DNA of 64,000 nucleotides, taken from positions 396,537 through 460,536 of the forward strand of contig CAYHBZ010000002.1 of assembly GCA_964355175.1 (NCBI GenBank). Direction: 5' to 3'. Below, in pieces: positions 10,193 to 19,504 of this stretch. The notes beneath the pieces were generated by a model, which had not been told where the DNA came from, searched no databases, and saw only the letters and a list, made by a program, of their open reading frames with translations. Source of the DNA: an uncultured Gammaproteobacteria bacterium (GTDB taxonomy: Bacteria > Patescibacteriota > Patescibacteriia > Magasanikbacterales > GWA2-37-8). Numbering within the stretch: the first letter of the stretch is position 1; every line of letters starts with the position of its first letter. The position numbers were made by a program, and so were the translations under genes.

Positions 10193-10396
10193 GTCAACGG
10201 GTGAGGAGATCACCCCAAAGGATTGCAAGTGTGTTGGTTCACTTGCGCCAAATCTCGGTGTAGCTTATCTTGTCCCGCATTCGCGGTACGAGAGAAAGTT
10301 CACTAAACCGGTGGCGTGAACGATGGCTCAAATAGAGCTGTCGGTCACGCCCCAACAACTATCTTCTGTTTTTCAAACAGGGGATTGAGTTGGTAA

Positions 10397-10408
10397 GTTC
10401 TTTACAAT
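10397..10408 (+). repeat. GTTCTTTACAAT, copy 3, at the boundary between cassettes 2 and 3
   Basis: Exact 12-mer. Followed by a 15 bp-stem hairpin, ttctcatacaggaca...tgtcctgtgtgagaa. Confidence 0.55.
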
Positions 10409-10641
10409 TTATTTCGTTAGATTTTCTCATACAGGACATAGGATATTTTTTGTATCTTGTGTCCTGTGTGAGAAGCCCCCAGTGGGGGTTGCCTGGGTGA
10501 AAACCCGACTAGGTCGGGGCGTTCGCTCCGGCAATTCCTCACTAGGGTGGTAAAAACGCCATCCGGACGGGTCAACTTCGACCTTTTCGGTAAAGTAGCA
10601 GTGTCTTTCTTTGTCCGCCCTTTAGTGGGCCGGAGGTTCTG

Positions 10642-12063
10642 ATGCGTAACCGGTTTCAATTGGTCGCGACTCTCGCGATGGCGGCTGCAGCCTGTGCAGC
10701 GTGTGGTGTCATCGAACATCCGGCCGATGCGGTCGTGATCGTGGTCGAAAAAGACGCCAGCAGCCAGGATGTCCAGCAGGACAACGGTCCGGCGCAGCAG
10801 CCCGAGATCGCGCAGACGGCCGACATCGCGCAGGACAACGGTCCGGCGACGAAGCCTGAGTGCGCGGTCGACAGCGACTGCGACGACAAGAACCCCTGCA
10901 CGACGGACGTCTGCGGCAGCAACGCCTGCGTCCACGTGGCCAACTCGGTCTCGTGCGACGACGGCAACGCCTGCACCAGCAACGACAAGTGCGGCTCCGA
11001 GAAGTGCTCGGGTGACCAGAAGGTCTGCGACGACAACAACCCCTGCACCGACGACGGCTGCGTCAGCGACGGCACCTGCCTGCACGGCGTCAACATCGTC
11101 AACTGCGACGACAGCGACGCCTGCACGGAAAAGGACCAGTGCGCCAACGGTAAGTGCGTCGGCCAGGTGAAGTCGTGCGACGACAAGGACAACTGCACGA
11201 CGGAATCGTGTGACAAGCTCAACGGGTGCTCGTCCACTCCGGTCGTCTGCCAGGACGCCGGGGATCCGTGCACGACGGAATCGTGCGACAAGGCAACGGG
11301 CAAGTGCTCGTCCACCACCGACTGCGACGACAAGGACGTCACCACGTTGGATGCCTGTGAACCGCTGCTCGAGACCGTGGGAATGGAGAAATGCCTCCAC
11401 ATCAAGATGCAGACCAAGTGCACCAAGAATGCGGATTGCGACGAGGACGGCGATCCGTGTTCGTTCGAGTTCTGTTCCCAGATCGGCTACTGCGCCAGCA
11501 AGTGGAAGTTGTGCGATGACGGAGACTACTGCACCCAGGACGAATGCGTCCCTCAGGCCGACTACGCCTGGTGCAAGAGCACTCAATACTCATGCGACGA
11601 CTACAACGCCTGCACGCTGGACTCCTGCACCAACGGCTACTGCCAACACAAGGGCAACGCCGCCATGTGCGACGACAAGGACTCCACCACCGCCGACTCG
11701 TGCAACCCTTCCCAGGGCTGCGTCAACACGCCGATTCCTCAACCCGGCGTGCCGAGCTCGACTCCTCCCTCGAATCCCTCGACCTGTGCGGCCTGGGGAG
11801 CGTGGATTTACTTGCCCACGGGCAACTGGCGCGGCGGCTATGACCTGACCGGTTCGTCTTCGCAAGAAACGGACCTGACAATCAGCGTCGACCAGTGGTA
11901 CGGCTTCAGCAACGCTCATTCTGTGTGGGCGTGGCTCAAGCCGTGGGGCAGTGCGGTACCGGCAAGCGTCAAGTGCACTGATCGGTGTGGTGTGGTCTTC
12001 CCCGCGAAGATCAGTGCCATGGCGGGTGGCTTCATCGCCATCTGCAGCACCGACCAGAAGTAG
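10642..12063 (+). CDS. High-GC putative lipoprotein with about 10 tandem Cys-rich repeats (C-D-D-x-N-x-C-T-x-D-x-C), resembling Myxococcales-type cysteine-rich repeats
   Basis: Signal peptide ending AAACAAC (lipobox-like). Repeated units 'CDDKNPCTTDVC' and 'CDDNNPCTDDGC'. RBS 'ggagg'. Internal DNA tandem repeats mirror the protein repeats. Confidence 0.6.
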   Translation: MRNRFQLVATLAMAAAACAACGVIEHPADAVVIVVEKDASSQDVQQDNGPAQQPEIAQTADIAQDNGPATKPECAVDSDCDDKNPCTTDVCGSNACVHVANSVSCDDGNACTSNDKCGSEKCSGDQKVCDDNNPCTDDGCVSDGTCLHGVNIVNCDDSDACTEKDQCANGKCVGQVKSCDDKDNCTTESCDKLNGCSSTPVVCQDAGDPCTTESCDKATGKCSSTTDCDDKDVTTLDACEPLLETVGMEKCLHIKMQTKCTKNADCDEDGDPCSFEFCSQIGYCASKWKLCDDGDYCTQDECVPQADYAWCKSTQYSCDDYNACTLDSCTNGYCQHKGNAAMCDDKDSTTADSCNPSQGCVNTPIPQPGVPSSTPPSNPSTCAAWGAWIYLPTGNWRGGYDLTGSSSQETDLTISVDQWYGFSNAHSVWAWLKPWGSAVPASVKCTDRCGVVFPAKISAMAGGFIAICSTDQK

Positions 12064-12330
12064 GCGGGGCTCAGGGGGTCTAACGGAAAAAGTTTTTGCT
12101 CTTTGGTAAAAGCAAACGGAAGGAGGTGTTCCTTTCGATAGGCCATTTCGGCCACCCATGCCAGAGGCGAGCGATCGCTAAAGGCTGGTCAACTAGGGGT
12201 GGTGTTGCTTCACCGCACACCACCCCGACCATCTCTAGCTCACAATATCTGTTGTGATCTGAAGATGGAAATAGCAATATGTCCATGACAAAAATACCAC
12301 CCTTCTCTCGGGCGGTTTTTTGTTTTTTAA

Positions 12331-12357
12331 GATTCCTCGCTACGCTCGGAATGACAA
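12331..12357. repeat. Half-copy of the short palindromic element family (gattcctc...ctcggaatgacaa)
   Basis: Matches the 3' arm of the full nested-hairpin element at 14847-14904. Confidence 0.4.
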
Positions 12358-12358
12358 C

Positions 12359-13741
12359 TTAGACCTTGGCACTCCAATAACCCCATACTGCCCACCACCA
12401 CCAGATCACCGGGGTGTGGTGAAGCATGTTATCAGAAGCACTCAAAGTGAGATAAACAAAGATGCTAGTGATGAATACAAAATTTGTCCAAGCATTTTTT
12501 TTGCCCCATTTTATTTCTCGATAAAGTAAACTGATAAAAATTCCAATATACAGAGCTAGGCCTATAAGTCCGGATTCAAACCCAATTTTGAGATAATCAT
12601 TATGGGCCTCGGAAGTGGAGTCCCAGATGTTTTCCACCCCTTTATTATCATCCCAAACTTTGGCAAAGCTACCATAGCCGTAGCCAGTGAGAGGGTGTTT
12701 GCTCCAAAGTGGAATTACTTTATTAAAAAGATCCGCGCGCCAAGAGATAGAGTCGGCTTCCATGTTGCGGCTGGTCATACGGGCCACGAGCGGGCTTTGC
12801 TGTAGGTTTACATTTAGGGTAGTTTTGAGCCAATAATTTATTGGGAAGAATAGTCCATACAATATTAAAATTCCGGCGGTAAAAATAATGGTTTTTTCGC
12901 GAGCATATTTGAGGCCAATAGCCAATAAAAATATGGCCAAACCAATCCAGGCAATGCGGGTATAGGTAAGAGCGATAGCTACGGCCAAGAATACCATGGT
13001 CAAAACATATAGTTCACCTTTGGATTCTTTAAATAAATTTGGTTTAAATTTGAGCAGTTTGCTGGCGTGCTCTAGGTAATTATGATATTTATGAAACAAA
13101 AATATAAATAAAATTAGGGAAAAAGTGGCTAGGATATTGGGGTGGGCGAAAGTGCCATAGATGCGATTGGGGGTGCCGTCGATATCCATGCCGGTTTTGG
13201 TAATAAACTGGTAAATAGCCAGTAAGAATGTGGCAATGCCGGAAGAAATAAACAACCAAAAGAAAATTTTATCAAAAAATTCACCGTGTTTGCGGCGTAA
13301 AATATAGCTCATTCCAAACAGGGCAAATAGGTTGGCGCCTTTGAGAGTTTCGGTGATAGTGGCCATTGTATCAAAGCTCCAGAAAAAAGTGGCGCCACTC
13401 CAGACTATAAAAGCTATCCATATTCCGGTCAAAGGAACATTTTTAAATTCGCTAAAATGTTTGTAAAAAAATATTACGGACCAGGCTAATAGTAACAATG
13501 ATACGGCCGCGTTGAGATTGAGGTGAATGGCGTTGTAGGAAAAAATGACATAGTCGCGCCAGTAGTCCATGGTCGGGCGGGCTAGCAATAGGGTGAGTAG
13601 GGCATAGTCGCCAAAGAACTTGTAGAGTACGATGACCACGATGGCCAAGAGGGCTAGGATATCGCCGCCGGTGGTGGGATTGAAAATGGTAAAAATTAGT
13701 AGTCCGCCGATGAGCCACTGGGTAAGGGAGAGCTTGTTCAT
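12359..13741 (-). CDS. O-antigen ligase/polymerase-like polytopic membrane protein (Wzy_C-like)
   Basis: 460 aa with 10 or more TM helices and a large periplasmic-type loop. Sits in the glycan cluster. Confidence 0.55.
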   Translation of the reverse strand: MNKLSLTQWLIGGLLIFTIFNPTTGGDILALLAIVVIVLYKFFGDYALLTLLLARPTMDYWRDYVIFSYNAIHLNLNAAVSLLLLAWSVIFFYKHFSEFKNVPLTGIWIAFIVWSGATFFWSFDTMATITETLKGANLFALFGMSYILRRKHGEFFDKIFFWLFISSGIATFLLAIYQFITKTGMDIDGTPNRIYGTFAHPNILATFSLILFIFLFHKYHNYLEHASKLLKFKPNLFKESKGELYVLTMVFLAVAIALTYTRIAWIGLAIFLLAIGLKYAREKTIIFTAGILILYGLFFPINYWLKTTLNVNLQQSPLVARMTSRNMEADSISWRADLFNKVIPLWSKHPLTGYGYGSFAKVWDDNKGVENIWDSTSEAHNDYLKIGFESGLIGLALYIGIFISLLYREIKWGKKNAWTNFVFITSIFVYLTLSASDNMLHHTPVIWWWWAVWGYWSAKV

Positions 13742-13802
13742 AATTGGGGTTAAGTGATTTGATTATAGCATAAATTTAAGGTAAAATATAGTAGTATATA
13801 AA

Positions 13803-13828
13803 TTGTCATTCCCGTGTAAACGGGAATC
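13803..13828. repeat. Partial copy of the short palindromic element (ttgtcattcccgtgtaaacgggaatc)
   Basis: Shares the TGTCATTCC arm with the copy at 14847. Confidence 0.4.
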
Positions 13829-13841
13829 TAAAATTAATGTT

Positions 13842-14840
13842 ATGTCCCATACCAAAATGCCGATTGACTGCGTGGTAGCGCTCACCTACAACTGTAACGC
13901 CCGCTGTACCATGTGTGATATTTGGAAAATAAAAAACTCTCCGGAATTGACTTTGGAAGATTTGGCCAAATTGCCCGACTCATTGCGTGATGTGAATATT
14001 TCGGGCGGTGAAACTTTTTTGCGTAAAGATTTGCCGGAAATTGTGGCCGTGATTAAAAAAGCTTGCCCGAAAGCGCGTCTGGTAATTTCATCCAATGGAT
14101 TTTTGCCGCCGGTGGTAGATAAGGCGATGGACAAAATTCTCAAAATCGCGCCGGATATTGGCGTGGCGATTTCTATTGATGGTATGGGTAAGATGCATGA
14201 TGAAATGCGCGGCACTCCGGGCGGATTTGATCGCTGTATGGAAACCATTCGTATTCTGAAATCCAAAGGCATGACCAACTTGCGCTTGGCTTTTACTATT
14301 ACCGAATACAATGCGGAACATTTTCCGCTAGTGTATGATCTGTCTCAGGAGCTCGGCATTCAATTCACACACAGTTTTGCTCAAAGCAGTGAATTTTATT
14401 TTGGCGGCAAACAAAATATTAATAATCCGCCGCGTGAATTGTTGGTGAAAGGCTATACGCATATTATTCGCAGTGAGCTCAAAAGCTGGAATGTGAAGCG
14501 CTGTTTGCGTGCCTTTTTTGCCAGCGGTATGTTTCGGTTTATTACGAGCAAAAATCCGGTGCTCGATAATGCGCCGGGTCGTGACTTTTTCTTTTTGGAT
14601 CCGGCCGGTGATATTTATCCGTCCGTAGTGCACAATTTTATTTTGGGTAATATTCGCAAGGTAGATAATTTTCGAGAATTTTGGCTGAACCCTGACACCG
14701 ATGAGCGCCGTAAAAAGGTAGATGCGCTCAAAGTACCGGTATGGATGATCTGCACCGCGCGTACGGCTCTATACAATCATCCGTTTGCCGTAGGTTGGTG
14801 GATTTTTAGACATAAATTTTTTGGATTTAATATTCAGTAA
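13842..14840 (+). CDS. Radical SAM domain protein
   Basis: CxxxCxxC motif 'CNARCTMC' near the N-terminus. The ATG at 13842 is preferred over the TTG at 13803, which lies inside the palindromic repeat. Confidence 0.65.
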   Translation: MSHTKMPIDCVVALTYNCNARCTMCDIWKIKNSPELTLEDLAKLPDSLRDVNISGGETFLRKDLPEIVAVIKKACPKARLVISSNGFLPPVVDKAMDKILKIAPDIGVAISIDGMGKMHDEMRGTPGGFDRCMETIRILKSKGMTNLRLAFTITEYNAEHFPLVYDLSQELGIQFTHSFAQSSEFYFGGKQNINNPPRELLVKGYTHIIRSELKSWNVKRCLRAFFASGMFRFITSKNPVLDNAPGRDFFFLDPAGDIYPSVVHNFILGNIRKVDNFREFWLNPDTDERRKKVDALKVPVWMICTARTALYNHPFAVGWWIFRHKFFGFNIQ

Positions 14841-14846
14841 CAACAA

Positions 14847-14904
14847 TGTCATTCCGAGTGTAAGGAGGAATCTTTAAGATTCCTCACTTTGTTCGGGATG
14901 ACAA
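14847..14904. repeat. Full nested-hairpin palindromic element (tgtcattccgag-tgtaaggaggaatc-tttaa-gattcctcac-tttgttcgggatgaca)
   Basis: Imperfect two-level palindrome immediately 5' of the GT4 gene start codon. Confidence 0.5.
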
Positions 14905-14911
14905 ATTATAT

Positions 14912-16108
14912 ATGAAAATAGTATTGGTCAATAAATTTTGGTTTTCTCGCGGGGGAGCGGAAAAGGTGGCTATCCTTACCAAGGAGCTACTGGAGCAAGC
15001 CGGTCATACGGTGGAAGTTTTTGGTATGCGTCACCAAGATAATTTATTTGAGAATAAATATTTTACCGATTTTATAGATTACAATCAGGCTTCTTTTTGG
15101 CAGAAAATAAAATTTGCCGGCCGAACGATATATAATTTTCAAGCCGCGCGCAATTTCGAAAAGTTGTTGAGTGACTTTCAGCCGGATGTTGTACACTTCC
15201 ATAATATTTACCATCAGCTATCTTGCTCAATTATTGGTGTGGCCAAAAAGATGAATATCAAAACGGTAATGACTTTGCATGATTATAAATTAATTAGTCC
15301 AAACTATAATCTTTATCATCACGGTGGCGTGTCGGCGGAGTGTGTGGGTGGAAAATATTATCGTTGTTTACTTCATAATTGTATGGAGGATAGGGCACAG
15401 AGTGTGTTGGCTACTATAGAAGCATATTTTGTGGACCTGATGGGGTATAAAAAAATGGTTGGAAAATATTTGAGCCCTAGTGATTTTCTGCGTACCAAAT
15501 TTATCAACGCGGGATTTGATAGTGATGAAATACAAGTCTTGCCAAACCCACTGAGGGCCAATGAATTTGTTTTGGCGGGAGCGACTTCAGATTATGTCGG
15601 CTATATTGGGCGCTTGGCACCGGAAAAAGGGGTAGAATATTTATTGCAGGCCGCTGAGCTTTTGCCTGATATTGATTTCAAAATTGCCGGGGCCGGGCCA
15701 AGCCGAAAATATTTAGAAAATCTAATTGAGAAAAATAAAATTAGTAATGTGGAATTGGTAGGACAAAAACACGGAGCGGATTTGCAGAATTTTATTTTGC
15801 AGTCCCGTCTGCTAGCTGTGCCATCGGTATGGCATGAAAACGCGCCGATGAGCGTGGTGGAAGCCAAGGCACACGGCAAAGTGGTAGTGGCCTTTGCGAT
15901 GGGCGGAATTTCTGAAATTTTACCGCCGGAATTATTGGTAAAACCAAAAAATGTTTCCGAGTTGGCGCAAAAAATAAAAACTTGGTATGAAGCCGGCCCA
16001 GAAAGATTATTGGATATGGGCAAGGAATTACAAGCTCAGGCGAAACAAAATAACAGTCCGGAAGTGTATTTGGAAAGATTGTTGAAAGTTTATAAAGATG
16101 AAAAATAA
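14912..16108 (+). CDS. Glycosyltransferase family 4 (GT-B fold)
   Basis: C-terminal 'EKG...' glycos_transf_1 signature with conserved E-x7-E-like region 'PSVWHENAPMSVVEA'. Confidence 0.7.
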   Translation: MKIVLVNKFWFSRGGAEKVAILTKELLEQAGHTVEVFGMRHQDNLFENKYFTDFIDYNQASFWQKIKFAGRTIYNFQAARNFEKLLSDFQPDVVHFHNIYHQLSCSIIGVAKKMNIKTVMTLHDYKLISPNYNLYHHGGVSAECVGGKYYRCLLHNCMEDRAQSVLATIEAYFVDLMGYKKMVGKYLSPSDFLRTKFINAGFDSDEIQVLPNPLRANEFVLAGATSDYVGYIGRLAPEKGVEYLLQAAELLPDIDFKIAGAGPSRKYLENLIEKNKISNVELVGQKHGADLQNFILQSRLLAVPSVWHENAPMSVVEAKAHGKVVVAFAMGGISEILPPELLVKPKNVSELAQKIKTWYEAGPERLLDMGKELQAQAKQNNSPEVYLERLLKVYKDEK

Positions 16109-18095
16109 ACTGATACTCTATAGGTCAGCCGTCGCGATATTTTTGGGGATTTTTATCTCAGTTTTTTGTTATTTCAATTCGTATGTTTATGGTGCTCCAA
16201 TTTTGGCCAACTATATTTTGGGTACATTGCCACAAGATAGCGACTCGATTGCCCAGCTGGCCAAATTTGATTTGCTCATAGTTTCCGCCGAGCAGGGAGT
16301 GGTGCGCAAAGCAGTTTTGCAAAAAGTGCGTGAACTAAATCCAAAAATAATTTTGTTGGCCTATGTGCCGTCGCAAAGCACCAATGATTCCTGGAAAGAA
16401 TATCCGGCCAATACTTTGTATGGAAATTTTCAGATGAATGATAACTGGTGGCTACGTGATACGGCCGGCCGTCAGATTTCTGATTGGCCGCGTCTGCACA
16501 ATGTTGATCTTAGTCAGGGTTGGTCCGATTACCTGATTGGTTATGTAAAAAATAATATTTTATCTCAAGGACTTTGGGATGGAATATTTTATGATATGTT
16601 TTATGACAGTATTGCGGATAGAAATCATGGCGATATTGATCTCAATCGTGATGGCATGAGAGATGATGCGAGTTGGGCCAACGCGCAGTGGGTGAGTAGG
16701 ATGAGTTATTTGCTCAGCGCCAGCCAACAGCGCCTCGGAGTGAAATATATTATGATCAATGGAAATTCGATTCCTTCTTTGCAAAGTATGGCCAATGGCC
16801 GTATGTATGAAAATTATCCGACTCCGTGGGAAGTTGGTGGTAGTTGGACCGGTATTATGACCGGTCTCAAACGCAATCAGTCGCTCAACGCCAAACCTCA
16901 GCTCTATGTCTTCAATGCTAATACGGCCAATACCGGCAATCAAAAAGATTATCGTCGGATGCGCTTTGGTTTTGCCAGCAGTTTGATGCTAGACAATGTT
17001 TATTTTAGTTTTGATTACGGGGATAGAGATCACAATCAGATCTGGTGGTATGATGAGTATGGTGTAGGGCTGGGAAATTCCGTTGCCAATCCAATTTCCC
17101 AAAACGGTCAGGTGCAATTTAATGCCAGCGATATTTGGCGTCGTGATTATGAGCATGGTATTGCTTTGGTCAATCCTAGTGGCAACACTCAGACGATTGA
17201 TCTAGGAAATGAGTACGAAAAAATTATCGGCAAACAAGATGCTTTTACCAACAACGGTGAAATCACTTCCAATGTTACTATTCCGGCTCGTGATGGATTA
17301 ATAATGCTCAAAACTTCCCAAACTTTACAAAATGTTTCTTTTAAAAATGGTAGTTTTGTCAGATTCTTTGATATGTTTGGCAAAAGAGCGCGTAACGGTT
17401 TTTTTGCCTTTGAAGATAGTAGTCCCGGTGGCGCAATAGTTTTTCGTGGGGATTTAAATAATGACAATACGGTAGAAAAGGTAATGTCTTCCCAGGGTAG
17501 ATTTCAAATTTTTAATACAGCGGGTCAGATTTGGTATGATAATTATCCATACAATGGTAATTATAATTCTGATCTTCGGTTTGCGGTAGGCCAGAGTTTT
17601 GGTCAAGAAAATCAGATATTAATTTCTCCGGCATCGGGTGGCAAGGCGGTTTTGTATAATTATCACGGGGGTGTGCTAAAGGATGATTTCTACCCTTTTG
17701 GTGCCAAATATAAAATGGGTTTTTATGGCGGTTTGGGACATTTTGATAGCTTGGACAGCTGGCAAATGGTTTTTGGATCAGGGGGAAAACAGGCTGGAGT
17801 AGTGCTTATTTATGATACCCAGGCAAACAAAGTGAAACAAAAGTTCTATCCTTTCAGTATAAAGTACTTGGGAGCGGTGAAAATTGCTGTCGGTAATTTG
17901 ACCGGTGACACCCATTCGGAAATAGTAGCTATGGCTAAGATTGGCCATAAAAATATTGTTCGAGTCTTTGATATGAAAGGTAAACAACTCTCTGAGTTTT
18001 CCGTCGGCGGTCCATTTGATGGGGGTGACCTAAATATCTATACTTCGGATATAAATTTCGATGGTTTCTCAGAACTGGTAATAGTAGGGGAATAG
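16098..18095 (+). CDS. Large membrane-anchored protein with a putative glycoside-hydrolase-like (TIM-barrel, GHL-type) domain and C-terminal FG-GAP-like repeats
   Basis: N-terminal TM helix. The 'FDLLIV...ELNPKIILLAY' region resembles the GHL families. C-terminal 'DINFDGFSELVI' units are FG-GAP-like. Confidence 0.35.
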   Translation: MKNKLILYRSAVAIFLGIFISVFCYFNSYVYGAPILANYILGTLPQDSDSIAQLAKFDLLIVSAEQGVVRKAVLQKVRELNPKIILLAYVPSQSTNDSWKEYPANTLYGNFQMNDNWWLRDTAGRQISDWPRLHNVDLSQGWSDYLIGYVKNNILSQGLWDGIFYDMFYDSIADRNHGDIDLNRDGMRDDASWANAQWVSRMSYLLSASQQRLGVKYIMINGNSIPSLQSMANGRMYENYPTPWEVGGSWTGIMTGLKRNQSLNAKPQLYVFNANTANTGNQKDYRRMRFGFASSLMLDNVYFSFDYGDRDHNQIWWYDEYGVGLGNSVANPISQNGQVQFNASDIWRRDYEHGIALVNPSGNTQTIDLGNEYEKIIGKQDAFTNNGEITSNVTIPARDGLIMLKTSQTLQNVSFKNGSFVRFFDMFGKRARNGFFAFEDSSPGGAIVFRGDLNNDNTVEKVMSSQGRFQIFNTAGQIWYDNYPYNGNYNSDLRFAVGQSFGQENQILISPASGGKAVLYNYHGGVLKDDFYPFGAKYKMGFYGGLGHFDSLDSWQMVFGSGGKQAGVVLIYDTQANKVKQKFYPFSIKYLGAVKIAVGNLTGDTHSEIVAMAKIGHKNIVRVFDMKGKQLSEFSVGGPFDGGDLNIYTSDINFDGFSELVIVGE

Positions 18096-18125
18096 CAGTT
18101 ATTTTAGCGGGTATTTGCTTGCATA

Positions 18126-18154
18126 TTGACAGGCGCTGGTTTTTTTGATTTAAT
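18126..18154 (+). promoter_or_regulatory. sigma70-like promoter (TTGACA-17-TTTAAT) for high-GC gene 4
   Basis: TTGACA at 18126-18131. Homologous in sequence to the promoter/5'UTR at 19331. Confidence 0.4.
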
Positions 18155-18306
18155 AATAAGTCGTTTGTTCTTTATTTGGCAGGATAATTTTGGATTAAAA
18201 TTTTTAATTCAGAGTTATCGTGCCAACTTTCTCAATGCGTGTCGGCGAAATGCGTCGATATGTAAAGAGAGGTGCGAGAGCCTACATGGTAGGCAGGAGA
18301 GCAGGA

Positions 18307-19122
18307 ATGGCAGACAGCAGCCACAACGTTACTCAGGTCGGCATCACCGTCGGGCCGCCCAACGCCGATCTCGGCAGTGTGGTGGTTCGTCAGGAGGCGG
18401 CCAGGGCGGATCTCAATGAGCGGCGTACGCATCTCAGCTTGGTTGTCAAGCCCTCGGTCGATGATCTGGTCGCGCGGCTGAATGTCGAGCGGCAGGAAGT
18501 CGACCGCATCGGCGCGCTGGTCGATGCGGTAGAGCGCGAACAGGCGAAGAGCGTCAAGCACTTCGAATCGACGCTCGGCGGGCAGGCGCGGCTCTGGAAG
18601 AAGGGTTTCGACGCCCATGAGCGCTCGATCTTCTGGGTCAAGCTCCTCGGCGTCGTCGGCCTGGTCCTGGTCGGTATCGTCCTGGTCCTGAACCTGTCGT
18701 CCTCCTCGGACATCTCCACGGCCAAGTCGGAAGCCATCTCGGCCAAGACCACCGTGGCGGAGTTCAAGAAGGCCACCCAAGGCGAGGTCGTCAAGATCAA
18801 GAAGAGGCTCGATGCCAACAAGCTCGACATGGATCAGCTCAAGGATCAGATCAAGGTCGTCGGGCTCAAGGCTGACAAGAGCGTCGTCACTCGCATGGGC
18901 GAAGAGCTCAAAGAAGCCAACATCGAGCAGGACGGTCGGATCCAGGACATCGCCACCGCGATCATGGGCAAGGCCGACATAGCCGATCTCAAGAGCGTGA
19001 GGAGCGCAGTCGCGCAGGTTCGCCGGGCCAACGGCAAGGTGAACACGAAGATGACCAGGCTCGAAGCTCAGGTCCTGGAGCTCAAGGCCCAACTCCAGGC
19101 CCAACAGCCCAAGACCATGTAG
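18307..19122 (+). CDS. High-GC bitopic membrane protein with one TM helix and a coiled-coil C-terminal domain
   Basis: ATGGCAGAC start with RBS 'aggagag'. The ORF track starts at 18220. TM helix 'VKLLGVVGLVLVGIVLVLNL'. Confidence 0.5.
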   Translation: MADSSHNVTQVGITVGPPNADLGSVVVRQEAARADLNERRTHLSLVVKPSVDDLVARLNVERQEVDRIGALVDAVEREQAKSVKHFESTLGGQARLWKKGFDAHERSIFWVKLLGVVGLVLVGIVLVLNLSSSSDISTAKSEAISAKTTVAEFKKATQGEVVKIKKRLDANKLDMDQLKDQIKVVGLKADKSVVTRMGEELKEANIEQDGRIQDIATAIMGKADIADLKSVRSAVAQVRRANGKVNTKMTRLEAQVLELKAQLQAQQPKTM

Positions 19123-19193
19123 TCCGTTCCCGATCTGTTCGGGCACTTGTAGTTTAGCCTTGATTTCTGAAGGCAAAAGCTCGGTGAGGACGC

Positions 19194-19300
19194 AAAATCC
19201 CCCCAAGGGTGTGTCGTTTACTCGACACTACCTGCTTAGTTCGCAAAAAATTGTTTGCTGAGCAGAATAAAAAATCCGCTATTATGGTGGATTTTTTAAT
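19194..19300 (+). repeat. Conserved ~110 nt structured 3' element, family M1, copy a
   Basis: Aligns along its length with 20125-20238. The internal hairpin changes from gtgtcg/cgacac to gtgccgac/gtcggcac with pairing preserved. Ends in a hairpin plus U-tract. Confidence 0.55.
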
Positions 19301-19330
19301 CTAAAATATGCTGTTTTTAGGTCAGTAGTA

Positions 19331-19359
19331 TTGACAAAGTAGGATTTTTATGTTTTAAT
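19331..19359 (+). promoter_or_regulatory. sigma70-like promoter (TTGACA-17-TTTAAT) for high-GC gene 5
   Basis: TTGACA at 19331-19336. The 5'UTR is homologous to that of gene 4 (shared ttgttcttt...attaaaattttt). Confidence 0.4.
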
Positions 19360-19504
19360 AGTTCATTAGATTGTTCTTTTTAATCAATTCGCGCGACAAT
19401 TATAAATTAAAATTTTTCAATTTATAATCGTCGTGCGAATTTCAGTTTATCAATGACGGCCAGTCGGAGGTTCCGATTGGTTCAGCTCTTTCTGCGAGGT
19501 GAGC

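Noticed and set aside
9092-10228. 378 aa minus-strand ORF opposite the 9197-10192 gene
   Set aside because: Shadow ORF in a high-GC region. The plus-strand product has a signal peptide and TM anchor.
10417-12159. Minus-strand ORFs (389 aa, 256 aa, 189 aa) and alternative plus-frame ORFs overlapping the Cys-repeat lipoprotein gene
   Set aside because: Low-complexity Arg/Ala/Thr-rich translations typical of off-frame reads through GC-rich coding DNA.
8073-12160. Classical integron interpretation (attC sites, intI)
   Set aside because: I looked for GTTRRRY/RYYYAAC core sites and an integrase and found neither. The boundary repeat GTTCTTTACAAT does not fit the attC consensus. I therefore describe the locus only as a cassette-like array.
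18232-19206. 324 aa minus-strand ORF opposite high-GC gene 4
   Set aside because: Shadow ORF with no start context. The plus-strand gene has a promoter, RBS and TM helix.
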